From Burkholderiaceae bacterium (GTDB lineage: Bacteria > Pseudomonadota > Gammaproteobacteria > Burkholderiales > Burkholderiaceae_E): a DNA stretch of 60,735 nucleotides. The notes beneath the pieces are model-generated. The model did not search any database. It was not told where the DNA came from and saw only the letters and a list, made by a program, of their open reading frames with translations. Where the stretch lies: contig JBIKKG010000001.1 of the NCBI GenBank assembly GCA_044360485.1, positions 1-60,735 on the forward strand, written 5' to 3'. Position numbers and translations under genes: made by a program. Below, piece after piece: positions 9,430-19,586 of this stretch; position 1 is the first letter of the stretch, and each line of letters begins with the position of its first letter.

Positions 9430-12400
9430 ATGAACGCCACGCCGACATCAGGCGCGCCGCATGCCGCTCTGGCCAAAAGCTTCGAGCCTGCCGACATCGA
9501 GGCGCGCTGGTACCCCCTGTGGGAATCGCGCGGCCTGTTCCGCAACCCGCAGACCCCGGCTGCGTCAGCACCCGCTTATTGCATTCAACTGCCGCCCCCC
9601 AATGTGACCGGCACTCTGCATATGGGACACGCGTTCCAGCAGACGCTGATGGACACCCTGATTCGCTGGCAGCGGATGAAAGGCTCGGACGTGAACTGGG
9701 TCGTCGGGACCGACCACGCGGGCATCGCTACACAAGTCGTGGTCGAGCGCCAACTGCAGGCTGAGGGCTTGACCCGCCACGATCTGGGCCGACAGGCGTT
9801 TCTGGACCGAGTGTGGACATGGCGCAAGCAGTCGGGCACCACGATCGTGGGTCAGATGCGTCGCATGGGCGCATCCGGCAACTGGGACTACGCGGACACC
9901 GACGGCGCGCGTGCCGGTTACTTCACGATGGATGCCCAGATGAGCCAGGCGGTGCTCGAGGTCTTCGTGCAGCTGCATGAACAAGGCCTGATCTACCGTG
10001 GCAAGCGACTGGTGAACTGGGATCCGACCCTGCAGACCGCTGTGTCGGATCTGGAGGTCGACAGTGAGGAAGAAGAGGGACGGATCTGGGATATCCGCTA
10101 TCCGCTGAACGGTGAGCCGCTCAATGTGACCCTGGAGGCCACCGAGACCGAACCCGCCCGCACGGTGGTGGTGGACGCGCTGGTGGTCTCGACCACCCGT
10201 CCGGAAACCATGCTGGGTGACACGGCAGTCGCCGTGAATCCGCGCGACCCACGCTATGCGCCGCTGGTGGGCCGCACGCTGCGTCTGCCGCTGTCCGACG
10301 ACGGACAGGGCGGGACACGCAGCATCCCGATCATTGCTGACGATTATGTCGATGCCGCTTTCGGCACCGGGTGCGTGAAAATCACCCCGGCGCATGATTT
10401 CAACGACTGGGCTGTGGGTGAGCGGCACGGCCTGGCCGCCATCAGCATCCTGACGCTTGACGCCAAGGTCTCAGACGCCGCGCCAGCGCCCTACCGCGGC
10501 CTGGATCGGTTCGAGGCCCGCAAGCGCGTGCTGGACGACCTGAAGGCGGTCGGCCTGCTGGTCAGCGAACGGCCGCACAAACTGATGGTGCCGCGTTCGG
10601 CGCGTACCAGCGTGGTGGTCGAGCCCATGCTCACCGACCAATGGTTTGTCGCGATGAGCAAACAGGACCACGGTAACCAGTACTTTCCCGGACGCTCGAT
10701 TGCTGATGTCTGTCTTCAGGTGGTTGACGACGGTCAGGTCCGTTTCGTGCCAGACCATTGGCGCAGCACCTATGATCACTGGCTGGGCAACATCCAAGAC
10801 TGGTGCATCTCGCGGCAACTCTGGTGGGGCCATCAGGTGCCGGCCTGGTACAAAGCCGATGCCCAGGGTGCACCGATTCACGATGGATCGGTTTTCGTCG
10901 CACGCGATGAAGCTCAGGCGCAGACTCAGGCTCGGGCCGCCGGATGGCATGGGCCGCTGATTCGCGACCCGGACGTTCTCGACACATGGTTTTCGTCAGC
11001 GCTGGTGCCGTTCTCGTCTTTGGGCTGGCCGAAAGCCACACCGGACCTCGAGCGCTATCTGCCGTCCTCGGTACTGGTGACTGGCTTTGACATCATCTTT
11101 TTCTGGGTCACCCGGATGGTGATGATGACCACATTCTTCACCGGCAAGGTGCCTTTCAAGGATGTCTACATCAATGCCATCGTGCGCGACGCCGAAGGCC
11201 AGAAGATGTCGAAGTCCAAGGGCAACACGATCGACCCGCTGGATCTGATCGACGGCATCACGCTCGATGCTTTGCTCGCAAAGTCCACCGTGGGTCTGCT
11301 GCGCGGAGATCACAAGGCGCGGATTGAAAAGCAGATCAGAAAGGCCTACCCGCAAGGCATTGCCGCCTACGGCGCCGACGCTGTGCGCTTTACTTTTGCT
11401 TCGCTGGCCACCTTTGCCCGCACGCTCAATTTCGATCTGGGGCGCTGCGAGGGCTATCGCAACTTCTGCAACAAGCTCTGGAATGCCACACGGTTTGTGC
11501 TCATGCAGACCGAAGGTCGGGACTGCGGCTTTGCGCCCCATACCGCCGAGCAGTGCGTTCCTGGCGGCTACCTGCACTTCAATCATGTGGACCGCTGGAT
11601 CACCAGCCGACTGCAGCGTACCGAAGCGACGATCGAACAGGCACTGACCGAATACCGCTTTGACCATGCAGCCCGCGAGCTCTACGAATTCGTCTGGAAC
11701 GAGTACTGTGACTGGTACCTCGAACTGGCCAAGGTCAACCTGGCATCGACCGATGAAGCCGTGCAGCGGGCAACCCGCCGCACACTGTTGCGGGTCCTCG
11801 AGACGATCCTGCGACTGGCCCATCCCATGATTCCGTTCATCACAGAGGAACTCTGGCAAAAGGTCGCGCCTCTCGCTCAGCGATACGGTGAGCGGGGTGT
11901 GCAAAGACTCCAAGGAGACGCCTTGAGCACGGCGCTCGAACAAGCGCAGTATTCAGTTTCCACACAGGCTTGGCCGACGAGCGAACCGGGCAAGATCGAT
12001 CCCACAAGCGAGGCAGCCGTCGCCGAGTTGCGCTTCATGATCGACGCCTGTCGCGCACTGCGAGGCGAAATGAACTTGTCTCCGGCACAACGCATGCCCC
12101 TGCTGATCGCTGGCCCAGCAGAACGGGCAGCGCTGCATGCGCCCTTCCTGCAGTCTCTTGCCAAACTGTCCGAAGTACAGGTGGTGAGTGCATTACCCGA
12201 AGACTCGCTTGCTCCAGTCCAGATCGTGGGGGACTTCAGGCTGATGCTGAAGATTGAGATCGATGTCACAGCCGAGCGCGAACGACTTGAACGGGAAATC
12301 ACCCGACTGCAAGGTGAGTCGGACAAAGCCCGGGCCAAGCTCGACAACGCATCGTTCGTTCAGCGCGCCCCTGCTGCGGTCGTCGATCAGGAGCGTGAGC

Positions 12401-12462
12401 GTCTGGCCGGGTTTTCAACGACCCTGGACCGGCTGCGCGAGCAGCGCGCCAAGCTCAGCTGA
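9430..12462 (+). CDS. valS: Valine--tRNA ligase
   Basis: Track ORF 9298..12462, with the start moved to Met45 ([23 protein letters not shown]). Class I motifs are present: [15 protein letters not shown] (HIGH) and KMSKSKGN (KMSKS). There is a C-terminal coiled coil. Confidence 0.95.
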   Translation: MNATPTSGAPHAALAKSFEPADIEARWYPLWESRGLFRNPQTPAASAPAYCIQLPPPNVTGTLHMGHAFQQTLMDTLIRWQRMKGSDVNWVVGTDHAGIATQVVVERQLQAEGLTRHDLGRQAFLDRVWTWRKQSGTTIVGQMRRMGASGNWDYADTDGARAGYFTMDAQMSQAVLEVFVQLHEQGLIYRGKRLVNWDPTLQTAVSDLEVDSEEEEGRIWDIRYPLNGEPLNVTLEATETEPARTVVVDALVVSTTRPETMLGDTAVAVNPRDPRYAPLVGRTLRLPLSDDGQGGTRSIPIIADDYVDAAFGTGCVKITPAHDFNDWAVGERHGLAAISILTLDAKVSDAAPAPYRGLDRFEARKRVLDDLKAVGLLVSERPHKLMVPRSARTSVVVEPMLTDQWFVAMSKQDHGNQYFPGRSIADVCLQVVDDGQVRFVPDHWRSTYDHWLGNIQDWCISRQLWWGHQVPAWYKADAQGAPIHDGSVFVARDEAQAQTQARAAGWHGPLIRDPDVLDTWFSSALVPFSSLGWPKATPDLERYLPSSVLVTGFDIIFFWVTRMVMMTTFFTGKVPFKDVYINAIVRDAEGQKMSKSKGNTIDPLDLIDGITLDALLAKSTVGLLRGDHKARIEKQIRKAYPQGIAAYGADAVRFTFASLATFARTLNFDLGRCEGYRNFCNKLWNATRFVLMQTEGRDCGFAPHTAEQCVPGGYLHFNHVDRWITSRLQRTEATIEQALTEYRFDHAARELYEFVWNEYCDWYLELAKVNLASTDEAVQRATRRTLLRVLETILRLAHPMIPFITEELWQKVAPLAQRYGERGVQRLQGDALSTALEQAQYSVSTQAWPTSEPGKIDPTSEAAVAELRFMIDACRALRGEMNLSPAQRMPLLIAGPAERAALHAPFLQSLAKLSEVQVVSALPEDSLAPVQIVGDFRLMLKIEIDVTAERERLEREITRLQGESDKARAKLDNASFVQRAPAAVVDQERERLAGFSTTLDRLREQRAKLS

Positions 12463-12485
12463 GCGTCAAAGGAAGAGGCTGAACC

Positions 12486-13020
12486 ATGAACGTGATGAGT
12501 CAGCGTCGGGTTTCATAGAAGCGTACATGGGCGCTCCTGTGGATCGCCGTGCTCGCGATTGTGGCCGTGGGACGGGCCCAGGCGCCCAATCTGAAAGAGA
12601 TTCAGCAGCGCGGTGAGGCAAGGCTTCGCCAGCCACACCAGCGTGAAAGACACGCTGGTGTATTCGGACTTCCACAACGTACTGCCCGACCCGCACGGCA
12701 AGGACGTGGTGCGAAAAGTTCGGACGTGATGCTGAGGGGCTGAGGGGCGCATTCCCGGTTCGCGGCGACATGATCGCAACCGGCTTCACAGTGCTGCGGT
12801 GGCGCGAACAGGTCGAGTTGTTTTCGAAGCTCACCTTTCCCTCCCCGGTACTGCTGGTGGCCCGAGCCAGTCAGGCTTTCGAGCCCATCAAGGGTGCACG
12901 CGATCTGGCAGCAGACATTTCGCAGACAAGGGCGACTGGTCGATCTGATGGGCGGTCGCATTGTCGTGCAAAGCTCCCCGCGCATGGGCAGTGTGTTCAC
13001 CGTCCGCCGGACGCTTGAGC
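12486..13020 (+). pseudogene. Decayed sensor histidine kinase with a periplasmic SBP_bac_3-type domain (remnant)
   Basis: Three fragments lie in different frames. (1) MNVMSQRRVS-TAG-KRTWALLWIAVLAIVAVGRAQAPNLKEIQQRGE is a signal peptide interrupted by an in-frame stop. (2) DMIATGFTVLRWREQVELFSKLTFPSPVLLVARAS resembles a solute-binding domain. (3) RLVDLMGGRIVVQSSPRMGSVFTVRRTLEP is the last strand/helix of a HATPase_c domain. The DHp domain and most of the kinase are missing. Confidence 0.5.
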
Positions 13021-13174
13021 CGAACCCTCATTCACCCCACACAACACGCAGGCGACTGTCGTTCCCCGGGACCGGCCTGGCGCTCGCCGGGACTCAACAC
13101 CGACAGGCATGATCGCCGGATCGTGGTGGCACGTTCATTGCATGCATCTTGTATACAAGACTGGATGCACCAAG

Positions 13175-14977
13175 ATGAGCCACTTTGAATCCTCGCCTCA
13201 CGCCCCTTCCATGCCCGCGCCCAACGCGGTCACAACGCTTGCCAAGCAGGCATGGATCCATTGCTTTGAAAAGCCGCTGGCTGGCGCAGAAGTTGGCCCC
13301 TTAGCCGGTCTGACTTTTGCGGTCAAAGACAACATCGATGTGATCAATGTCGCTACGACCGCGGGCTGCCCTGCGTTCGAACGACGGGCAGAGCAAAGCG
13401 CCACCGTGGTGCAACGCCTGCTCCACGCCGGTGCAACACTGCATGGAAAAACAAATCTAGATCAGTTCGCCTGCGGGCTGAACGGCACCCGGTCGCCTTA
13501 TGGCGCCGTCCCGAATGCCTTCGATGCCCGATATGTCAGCGGCGGCTCAAGCTCTGGGTCGGCGTATGTGGTCGCCACAGGCCAAGTGGACTTCGCGCTG
13601 GGTACCGATACCGCGGGCTCCGGCCGCGTGCCGGCAGGTCTCAACAATATTGTCGGGTTCAAACCGAGCCGCGGACTCATCAGCGCGGCAGGCGTTTTGC
13701 CTGCGGCTCAAAGCGTAGATGTGGTCTCCATCTTCGCGCGCACGGTACAGATCGCCTGGCAGGTCCTGCTGAGTGCCAAGGGGGTCGATCCAGCGGACCC
13801 GTACTCGCGCCCATTGAGCTGTGACACCCAACCCGTGGGCGACCACTTCAAGTTCGGAGTGCCAGGCGATCCGGAGTTTTACGGAGATCAGCATGCACAG
13901 GAAGCATTCGAAGTCGCAGTGAAACGCTTGCAGGGCATGGGTGGTGTGGCGGTCCCCATCGACTTTCAACCCCTGGCCGAAGTAGCGGACCTGCTTTATG
14001 GGAGCGCACTGGTGGCTGAACGCTACGCTGCCATTCGATCCTTCTTCGATGCGAATGAAGCGGACATCATCGAACCCGTGCGCAGCATCATCGCTGCCGG
14101 CAAGGCGTATGGGGCCGCCGATGTCTTCGATGCCCAAACCCGCTTGCGAACCCTTGCCCAACGCATCGCACCGATTTGGGAGGCGATCGACATGCTGGTG
14201 GTGCCTACTGCACCCACCCACTACACGATCGAATCCATGCAGGCCGATCCAGTGCGACTCAATCGCAACCTGGGGCATTACACCAATTTCGTCAACCTGC
14301 TGGACTACGCGGCGCTCTCGGTGCCGAGCTCGATACGGGAAGACGGTCTCCCATTCGGGATCACCCTGATTGGGGCGTGTGGCAGCGATTGGCGACTTGC
14401 CCAGCTTGGCCTGCGATACCACCAGCTCTGTGATCTGCCCCTCGGCGCCACCACTTCACGGATGCAAGCAGAGCCCGTCACCCTGGAGGCATGGCCAAGT
14501 GATGCGCCGATGGTGCATCTGGCGGTGGTCGGTGCTCATCTGAGCGGGATGCCACTGAATGGTCAGTTGATCGAACGTGGCGCGAAGCTCTTGCGCACCA
14601 CACGCACCAAAGCGCTCTACAAGCTCTTTGCGTTGGCTGATACAGCGCCTGAAAAGCCTGGTTTGCTGCGGGTCGCTGAATCGGAAGGTCATGCCATCGA
14701 GGTCGAAGTCTGGCAGATGCCTGTGCAGTCGTACGGCTCATTCGTGGCCTTGATTCCTGCGCCCCTGGGTATCGGCACGCTGACGCTTGAAAGCGGTGAG
14801 GCAGTGCAAGGCTTTCTGTGCGAACACCATGCCCTGACTCAGGCTCAAGACATCAGCAGCTTCGGTGGCTGGCGCGCCTACATGCGCAGCCGTTCCAGTT
14901 CGGTCACGGTTCCCGCCCTGCACATCAACGTGCGTTCCACACCACCTCTCACCACTTCCCACAGGAGTTCATCATGA
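13175..14977 (+). CDS. Allophanate hydrolase-like amidase (amidase-signature family with C-terminal AtzF-type domain)
   Basis: Met23 of track ORF 13109..14977, giving 600 aa. The amidase signature is GGSSSGSAYVVATGQVDFALGTDTAGSGRVPA, and the C-terminal ...FGGWRAYM is typical of allophanate hydrolases. The stop overlaps the next gene's start (ATGA at 14974-14977). Confidence 0.8.
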   Translation: MSHFESSPHAPSMPAPNAVTTLAKQAWIHCFEKPLAGAEVGPLAGLTFAVKDNIDVINVATTAGCPAFERRAEQSATVVQRLLHAGATLHGKTNLDQFACGLNGTRSPYGAVPNAFDARYVSGGSSSGSAYVVATGQVDFALGTDTAGSGRVPAGLNNIVGFKPSRGLISAAGVLPAAQSVDVVSIFARTVQIAWQVLLSAKGVDPADPYSRPLSCDTQPVGDHFKFGVPGDPEFYGDQHAQEAFEVAVKRLQGMGGVAVPIDFQPLAEVADLLYGSALVAERYAAIRSFFDANEADIIEPVRSIIAAGKAYGAADVFDAQTRLRTLAQRIAPIWEAIDMLVVPTAPTHYTIESMQADPVRLNRNLGHYTNFVNLLDYAALSVPSSIREDGLPFGITLIGACGSDWRLAQLGLRYHQLCDLPLGATTSRMQAEPVTLEAWPSDAPMVHLAVVGAHLSGMPLNGQLIERGAKLLRTTRTKALYKLFALADTAPEKPGLLRVAESEGHAIEVEVWQMPVQSYGSFVALIPAPLGIGTLTLESGEAVQGFLCEHHALTQAQDISSFGGWRAYMRSRSSSVTVPALHINVRSTPPLTTSHRSSS

Positions 14978-16011
14978 CCCGTCGCTCTCCTTCATCGCAT
15001 TCATTTGTCAGCGTCACGACATCTGCCCACGAGCCACTGCGCCGCCGCAGTCTGCTGAAGGCCGCCGGCACAGGCTTGGGCGTTCTGGCTGCACCAGCCA
15101 TTGTCCGCGCTCAAAGTTCGCCGAAAATTCGCATCGGGTTTTGGCCTGTTGCGTCTGCCATCCCGTTCTTTGCAGCGATTGAAAAAGGCTATTTCAAAGA
15201 CGCCGGACTGGACGTCGAGGCACTCAAGCTCGCTAGTCCGCAGCAAGTTGCGGAAGCGATCATATCGGGACGCGCTGAAGGCAGTTCGAACGGCACGGGA
15301 TCAGCGGCTCTGGGACTGGCAGAAATCGCGCAGCCTGGTCTGCTGAAGATTTTCTGCACGAACCCCACGAACGCGAAGTTTGTCCTCGATCAGTTCATCG
15401 TCGCAAAAGACAGCACCATTCGTTCAATCGCCGAGTTATCAGGAAAGAAAGTCGCCTGTGGCCCTGGCGTTCAAAACGTGGTCTTGGCCAAGACGGTGTT
15501 GGAACGCGCCGGTGCAAAAAACCCATCGGTGGTTGAACTGCCCATTGGTCAGCACATTGCCTCGATTGTCGCCGGTCAGGTCGATGCCTGCTACACACTT
15601 GAGCCCACAGGCACGGTGGGACGACTCAATGGCACTACTCGCAACCTCGAGGTGGGCGTCATTGCGAAGTACGTGCTGGGTGATCCGATGGCGCCTTGGC
15701 ATGGCGGATCGGCCAGCCTCACCACCGAGTTCATCCGGAAGCATCCCGACGTCACACGCAAATTCATCGCCGCGTACAAACGAGGCGTCGATCTTGTGAA
15801 GAGCAATCCGGCAGAGGCGCGGCCAGCTCTCAAGGGATACACCGCGATTGAAGGGCCCCTGACAAATGAAGTGCCCATGGCCGATTACTTGATGTCGGCG
15901 GATTTCAAACCTTCGGATATCGCGTACTTCCAGCAGTTCTTCGATCTGTTCACCGAAAAGGGCATCTTCAGCCGTAAGGTTGATGTGGCCAGTCTCCTAT
16001 ACAGAGGTTGA
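14974..16011 (+). CDS. ABC transporter substrate-binding protein (NMT1/THI5-like, NitT/TauT family) with Tat signal
   Basis: Met53 of track ORF 14818..16011. The sequence MTRRSPSS..LRRRSLLKAAGTGLGVLAAPAIVRAQ is a twin-arginine signal. The mature domain is NitT/TauT-type and begins KIRIGFWPVASAIPFFAAIEKGYFKDAGLDVE. Confidence 0.85.
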   Translation: MTRRSPSSHSFVSVTTSAHEPLRRRSLLKAAGTGLGVLAAPAIVRAQSSPKIRIGFWPVASAIPFFAAIEKGYFKDAGLDVEALKLASPQQVAEAIISGRAEGSSNGTGSAALGLAEIAQPGLLKIFCTNPTNAKFVLDQFIVAKDSTIRSIAELSGKKVACGPGVQNVVLAKTVLERAGAKNPSVVELPIGQHIASIVAGQVDACYTLEPTGTVGRLNGTTRNLEVGVIAKYVLGDPMAPWHGGSASLTTEFIRKHPDVTRKFIAAYKRGVDLVKSNPAEARPALKGYTAIEGPLTNEVPMADYLMSADFKPSDIAYFQQFFDLFTEKGIFSRKVDVASLLYRG

Positions 16012-16013
16012 GT

Positions 16014-16850
16014 ATGAGCACGACTGATCCCTCGGGGGCTCGCACCGAACCCTGGAAGGTTGCGCACATGGCCCACGCTGCACCGGCGCGCCAGCGTCTG
16101 GACTGGGGGCGCGCCTTGCCTCTCGTCGGACCAGTCGCCTTGCTACTGATCTGGGACGTGGTGGTGCGCTCGGGTTGGATCAAACCGATCCTGTTGCCGG
16201 CGCCCACCGATACCCTGCTGACACTCGTCAATGGGATGGTCGGTAGCGCGTTGCTGCCGCACTTCCTCGTGACGCTCAAACGAACGCTGCTGGCTTTTTG
16301 CATCGCGACTGCCTTGGGTATGCCCCTGGGTATTTTGTTGGGCAGCACCGAACGGGCCTACCGCAGTGTGGAGTTCGTGATTGATTTCTTCCGCTCGACG
16401 CCCTCCTCTGCGCTCATCCCCTTGTTCCTGCTGATCTTTGGCATTTCAGATGTCAACAAAGTGGCGATTGCTGCCTTTGGAGCATTCCTGATCGTTATCT
16501 TCAATTGCGCTTATGGGGTCATCAATGCGCGCAAACAACGGGTCGCAGCCGCCAAGGTGATGGGCGCGACGCGTTGGCAGATTTTCCGGGATGTGCTGTT
16601 CTGGGAAAGTTTGCAGCCTGCTTTCGTCGGCCTGCGGTCAGCGGTTTCCATGGCGCTGGTGATCGTCGTGGTTGCAGAAATGTTCATCGGATCAGAGAGC
16701 GGGTTGGGTCACAAGATCATCGACGCTCAGCAGGTCATGAACGTCAAAACCATGTACGCAGCCATCATGGCGGCGGGGATCCTTGGATATGCGCTCAACG
16801 TGGCGTTTCTTGCCATCGAGCGCCGTGTGGTGCACTGGAGCGGACGATGA
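16014..16850 (+). CDS. ABC transporter permease (NitT/TauT family)
   Basis: The track ORF starts at TTG 16008, and the first ATG is at 16014. The protein has six TM segments with BPD-transporter-like spacing. It sits between the SBP and ATPase genes. Confidence 0.88.
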   Translation: MSTTDPSGARTEPWKVAHMAHAAPARQRLDWGRALPLVGPVALLLIWDVVVRSGWIKPILLPAPTDTLLTLVNGMVGSALLPHFLVTLKRTLLAFCIATALGMPLGILLGSTERAYRSVEFVIDFFRSTPSSALIPLFLLIFGISDVNKVAIAAFGAFLIVIFNCAYGVINARKQRVAAAKVMGATRWQIFRDVLFWESLQPAFVGLRSAVSMALVIVVVAEMFIGSESGLGHKIIDAQQVMNVKTMYAAIMAAGILGYALNVAFLAIERRVVHWSGR

Positions 16851-17668
16851 CTGAAGTACTCAATGGACCTGTGTACGCCGAGCCGCCGAAACCGGTCTTC
16901 AAACCCGGGCCAGCCGGCACGCACATCACGATTCGCGGACTGACGAAATATTTCGCAGGATGGCCGCTGTATGAAAATTTCGACCTCGATATACCAAAGC
17001 ACAGCATCGTCTCGATCTTCGGTCCCAACGGCTGCGGAAAGTCCACCCTGATCAATATGATCGCTGGCTTGGTCCCCATCGACGGCGGGGAGATCCTGTT
17101 CGACGGGAAATCGCTCAAGGACACCCGGATCGGTTATGTGTTCCAGAACTATCGGGAAGCACTCTTTCCTTGGATGCGAACCATCGACAACATTGCTTAC
17201 CCTCTCAAACTCGCAGGCCGCAGCAAAGCCGAGGTCGACCGGCGTGTGGCGGAACTGGTGGCCTCGTTCGACGTGAAATTTGACTTGCGCCGCTACCCCT
17301 ATGAACTGTCCGGAGGTCAACAGCAAACCGCGTCGATCATGCGCGCGCTCGCCCCTAACCCCGAGGTCCTCTTCCTGGATGAGCCATTTTCTGCGCTCGA
17401 CTTCGAGATGACGCTCTTCATCCGAGAGAAATTGCAGGAAGTCTTCATGCAGACGGGCACGACCATGATGCTGGTCTCCCATGATCTCGAAGAAGCGGTC
17501 TATCTGGCCGATCAGGTACTGCTCCTGACGAAGCGACCAACATCGATCGCGGAAATTCTCCCGTATGATGATCCGCGCCCGCGTACCGTGACCACACTCA
17601 GTGAGGCCAGCTTCGTCGCCACGAAAAAGCGCAGCCTCGAGGTTTTCCAACGCGAAGTTCGCCGCTAA
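16847..17668 (+). CDS. ABC transporter ATP-binding protein (NitT/TauT family)
   Basis: Met115 of track ORF 16505..17668, in an ATGA overlap with the permease stop. Walker A is GPNGCGKST, the ABC signature is LSGGQQQ, and Walker B is VLFLDEPFSALD. Confidence 0.9.
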   Translation: MTEVLNGPVYAEPPKPVFKPGPAGTHITIRGLTKYFAGWPLYENFDLDIPKHSIVSIFGPNGCGKSTLINMIAGLVPIDGGEILFDGKSLKDTRIGYVFQNYREALFPWMRTIDNIAYPLKLAGRSKAEVDRRVAELVASFDVKFDLRRYPYELSGGQQQTASIMRALAPNPEVLFLDEPFSALDFEMTLFIREKLQEVFMQTGTTMMLVSHDLEEAVYLADQVLLLTKRPTSIAEILPYDDPRPRTVTTLSEASFVATKKRSLEVFQREVRR

Positions 17669-17673
17669 TCACC

Positions 17674-18396
17674 ATGACCGTCAAGTCGCGCGTGCGCGTT
17701 TCACTGGCCGATGAAGTCTACGATCAGCTCAAACGAGACATGGCCAACTTCGTGCTGATCCCAGGAGATCGTTTCTCGGAAAACGAGATCTGCGAACGAC
17801 TCGACGTCTCCCGTACGCCGGTTCGACAGGCTCTGGTGCGCCTGCAGCAGGAAGGCCAAGTGGAGGTGTTATTCCGAAATGGCTGGCGGATGCTGCCATT
17901 CGATTTCCATCGTTTCGATCAGCTCTACGATCTGCGGGTCCTGATCGAAACGGAATCGGTACAACGCCTGTGCGACGGCAGGCTCATGGGGGACACGTCA
18001 CTGGCCACCGAGTTGCTCGATCAATTAGCCGCGATCTGGCTCGTCCCGAAGTCGCGACGCAGCGCTGACGGCGAACAGGTGTGTGAATGGGACGAACGCT
18101 TTCACTGCATGCTGGTTGAGGCGACCGGAAACGCAGAACTCAGCCGTGTGCACCGAGACATCACAGACCGGATTCGCGTGATTCGCAAGCTCGACTTTAC
18201 GCGCCGGCCTCGCATCGAAGCCACCTACGACGAGCATGCTCAAATCCTGCGAGCCATTCTGTCAAAACGCTCGGAGCAATCGCGGCTGCTGCTCAAGGCC
18301 CATATCGAGTCCAGCCAACTCGAGGTTCGAAAAATCACATTGCATCAGTTGCAATTGGCTCGCAGTCAGGCGTTGAAACCTCCTGCGTCTGATTAA
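17674..18396 (+). CDS. GntR-family transcriptional regulator (FadR/FCD subfamily)
   Basis: 240-aa protein. The N-terminal winged HTH is PGDRFSENEICERLDVSRTPVRQALVRLQQEG. The C-terminus is an all-helical FCD-like domain. Confidence 0.88.
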   Translation: MTVKSRVRVSLADEVYDQLKRDMANFVLIPGDRFSENEICERLDVSRTPVRQALVRLQQEGQVEVLFRNGWRMLPFDFHRFDQLYDLRVLIETESVQRLCDGRLMGDTSLATELLDQLAAIWLVPKSRRSADGEQVCEWDERFHCMLVEATGNAELSRVHRDITDRIRVIRKLDFTRRPRIEATYDEHAQILRAILSKRSEQSRLLLKAHIESSQLEVRKITLHQLQLARSQALKPPASD

Positions 18397-18433
18397 GCCT
18401 GCAGCCGACCAGGCAGTTTGCTCCGACCGCCAG

Positions 18434-18673
18434 TTATCTGCGACGCAGAAAAAAGGCCTGCGCGTTCCCAATGCTTTCCTGGGCGATCAGCGCATTGCCG
18501 GTCTGCTTGGCGAACGCTTCGAAGTCACGCTGCGCGCCAGGATCAGTCGACACCAGCTTGAGAACTTGCCCGCTGTTCAAACCAGCCAAGGCCTTCTTGG
18601 CCTTCAGGATCGGCAAGGGGCAGTTCAGGCCGGATGCATCGACTTCCAGATCAAAGTTCAGCGACGACGACAT
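18434..18673 (-). CDS. TusA/SirA-like sulfurtransferase
   Basis: Met29 of track ORF 18434..18757, giving 79 aa. The CPxP active-site motif is present in DASGLNCPLPILKAKKAL. Confidence 0.85.
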   Translation of the reverse strand: MSSSLNFDLEVDASGLNCPLPILKAKKALAGLNSGQVLKLVSTDPGAQRDFEAFAKQTGNALIAQESIGNAQAFFLRRR

Positions 18674-18683
18674 CTCAATGACC

Positions 18684-19532
18684 TCAGCCAACTGATGGCA
18701 TTGACGAGGCATTCGGTGCGCTCGATGCGAGCGCATCAGCGCTAGGAGCGGCATCATCGCCCTCGCTCAGCATGACCTCACGAATGAGGGCATTCGTCGC
18801 GAAGAAGACTTGTGCGTAATGCTCTGGCTTACAGTAGGGACGCACCGCCAGATCCACTCCCTTGCTGTCCAGATCGAGTATTTCGATTTGAGGGGCAGGG
18901 TTGCAAAGAACGTTGGGAATCTGCTGCAGCCGCCGACGCAAGGTTGTCATCACAACGGTGGGATGCGTTTCATGGTCGACACGCATGGTGCGATCGACCC
19001 GTCGATGTGGCGCATCAGAAAAATTGCGCAGGGTGTCGCCCATGATCCGACTGTTGTTGACATAGGTCGGTACGTTGTCAGCGGTCAGCAGCGTGGTCGA
19101 AAACAGACCGATCTCCTGGACTGTTCCGCTCACAGAGCCGCTTTCGATCGAGTCACCGACCTTGAAAGGTCGCAACACCATGAGAAATGCGCCTGCCGCA
19201 AAATTTGAGAGCAAACCAGCCCAGGCGGCACCAATGGCCACACCCGCGGCAGCGATCAGCGCAGCAAACGAGGTGGTCTCGAAGCCAAAAAACCCAAGAA
19301 TGCCGATGACCAGGACGATGTTCAGCACCACCTCCAGGATGGAAGCGAGGTAGCGCTGCAGGGTCGAATCAAGCTGCTTCGCCATCAGAGCTCGCCCAAC
19401 GGCCATCACCACTTTGCCAATCAGCCAACGGCCGACAAACCACAGCACAAAGGCGCCGATGAGCTTCAGGCCGAAATTGACGATGATTTGCTGCGCCAGG
19501 ACCAGCGTGTCCTGCAGTTTCAAGTCATTCAT
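18684..19532 (-). CDS. Small-conductance mechanosensitive channel (MscS family)
   Basis: 282-aa protein with three N-terminal TM helices followed by an MscS beta-domain block, FKVGDSIESGSVSGTVQEIGLFSTTLLTADNVPTYVNNSRI. Confidence 0.9.
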   Translation of the reverse strand: MNDLKLQDTLVLAQQIIVNFGLKLIGAFVLWFVGRWLIGKVVMAVGRALMAKQLDSTLQRYLASILEVVLNIVLVIGILGFFGFETTSFAALIAAAGVAIGAAWAGLLSNFAAGAFLMVLRPFKVGDSIESGSVSGTVQEIGLFSTTLLTADNVPTYVNNSRIMGDTLRNFSDAPHRRVDRTMRVDHETHPTVVMTTLRRRLQQIPNVLCNPAPQIEILDLDSKGVDLAVRPYCKPEHYAQVFFATNALIREVMLSEGDDAAPSADALASSAPNASSMPSVG

Positions 19533-19586
19533 GGAAAGGTGTTCCTGAAAAAATTTGGCGTGATGATACCGCGCAGCCTGCCTTCG

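Noticed and set aside
9565-11943. 287-aa and 315-aa minus-strand ORFs (9565..10428, 10996..11943)
   Set aside because: Both are antisense to valS.
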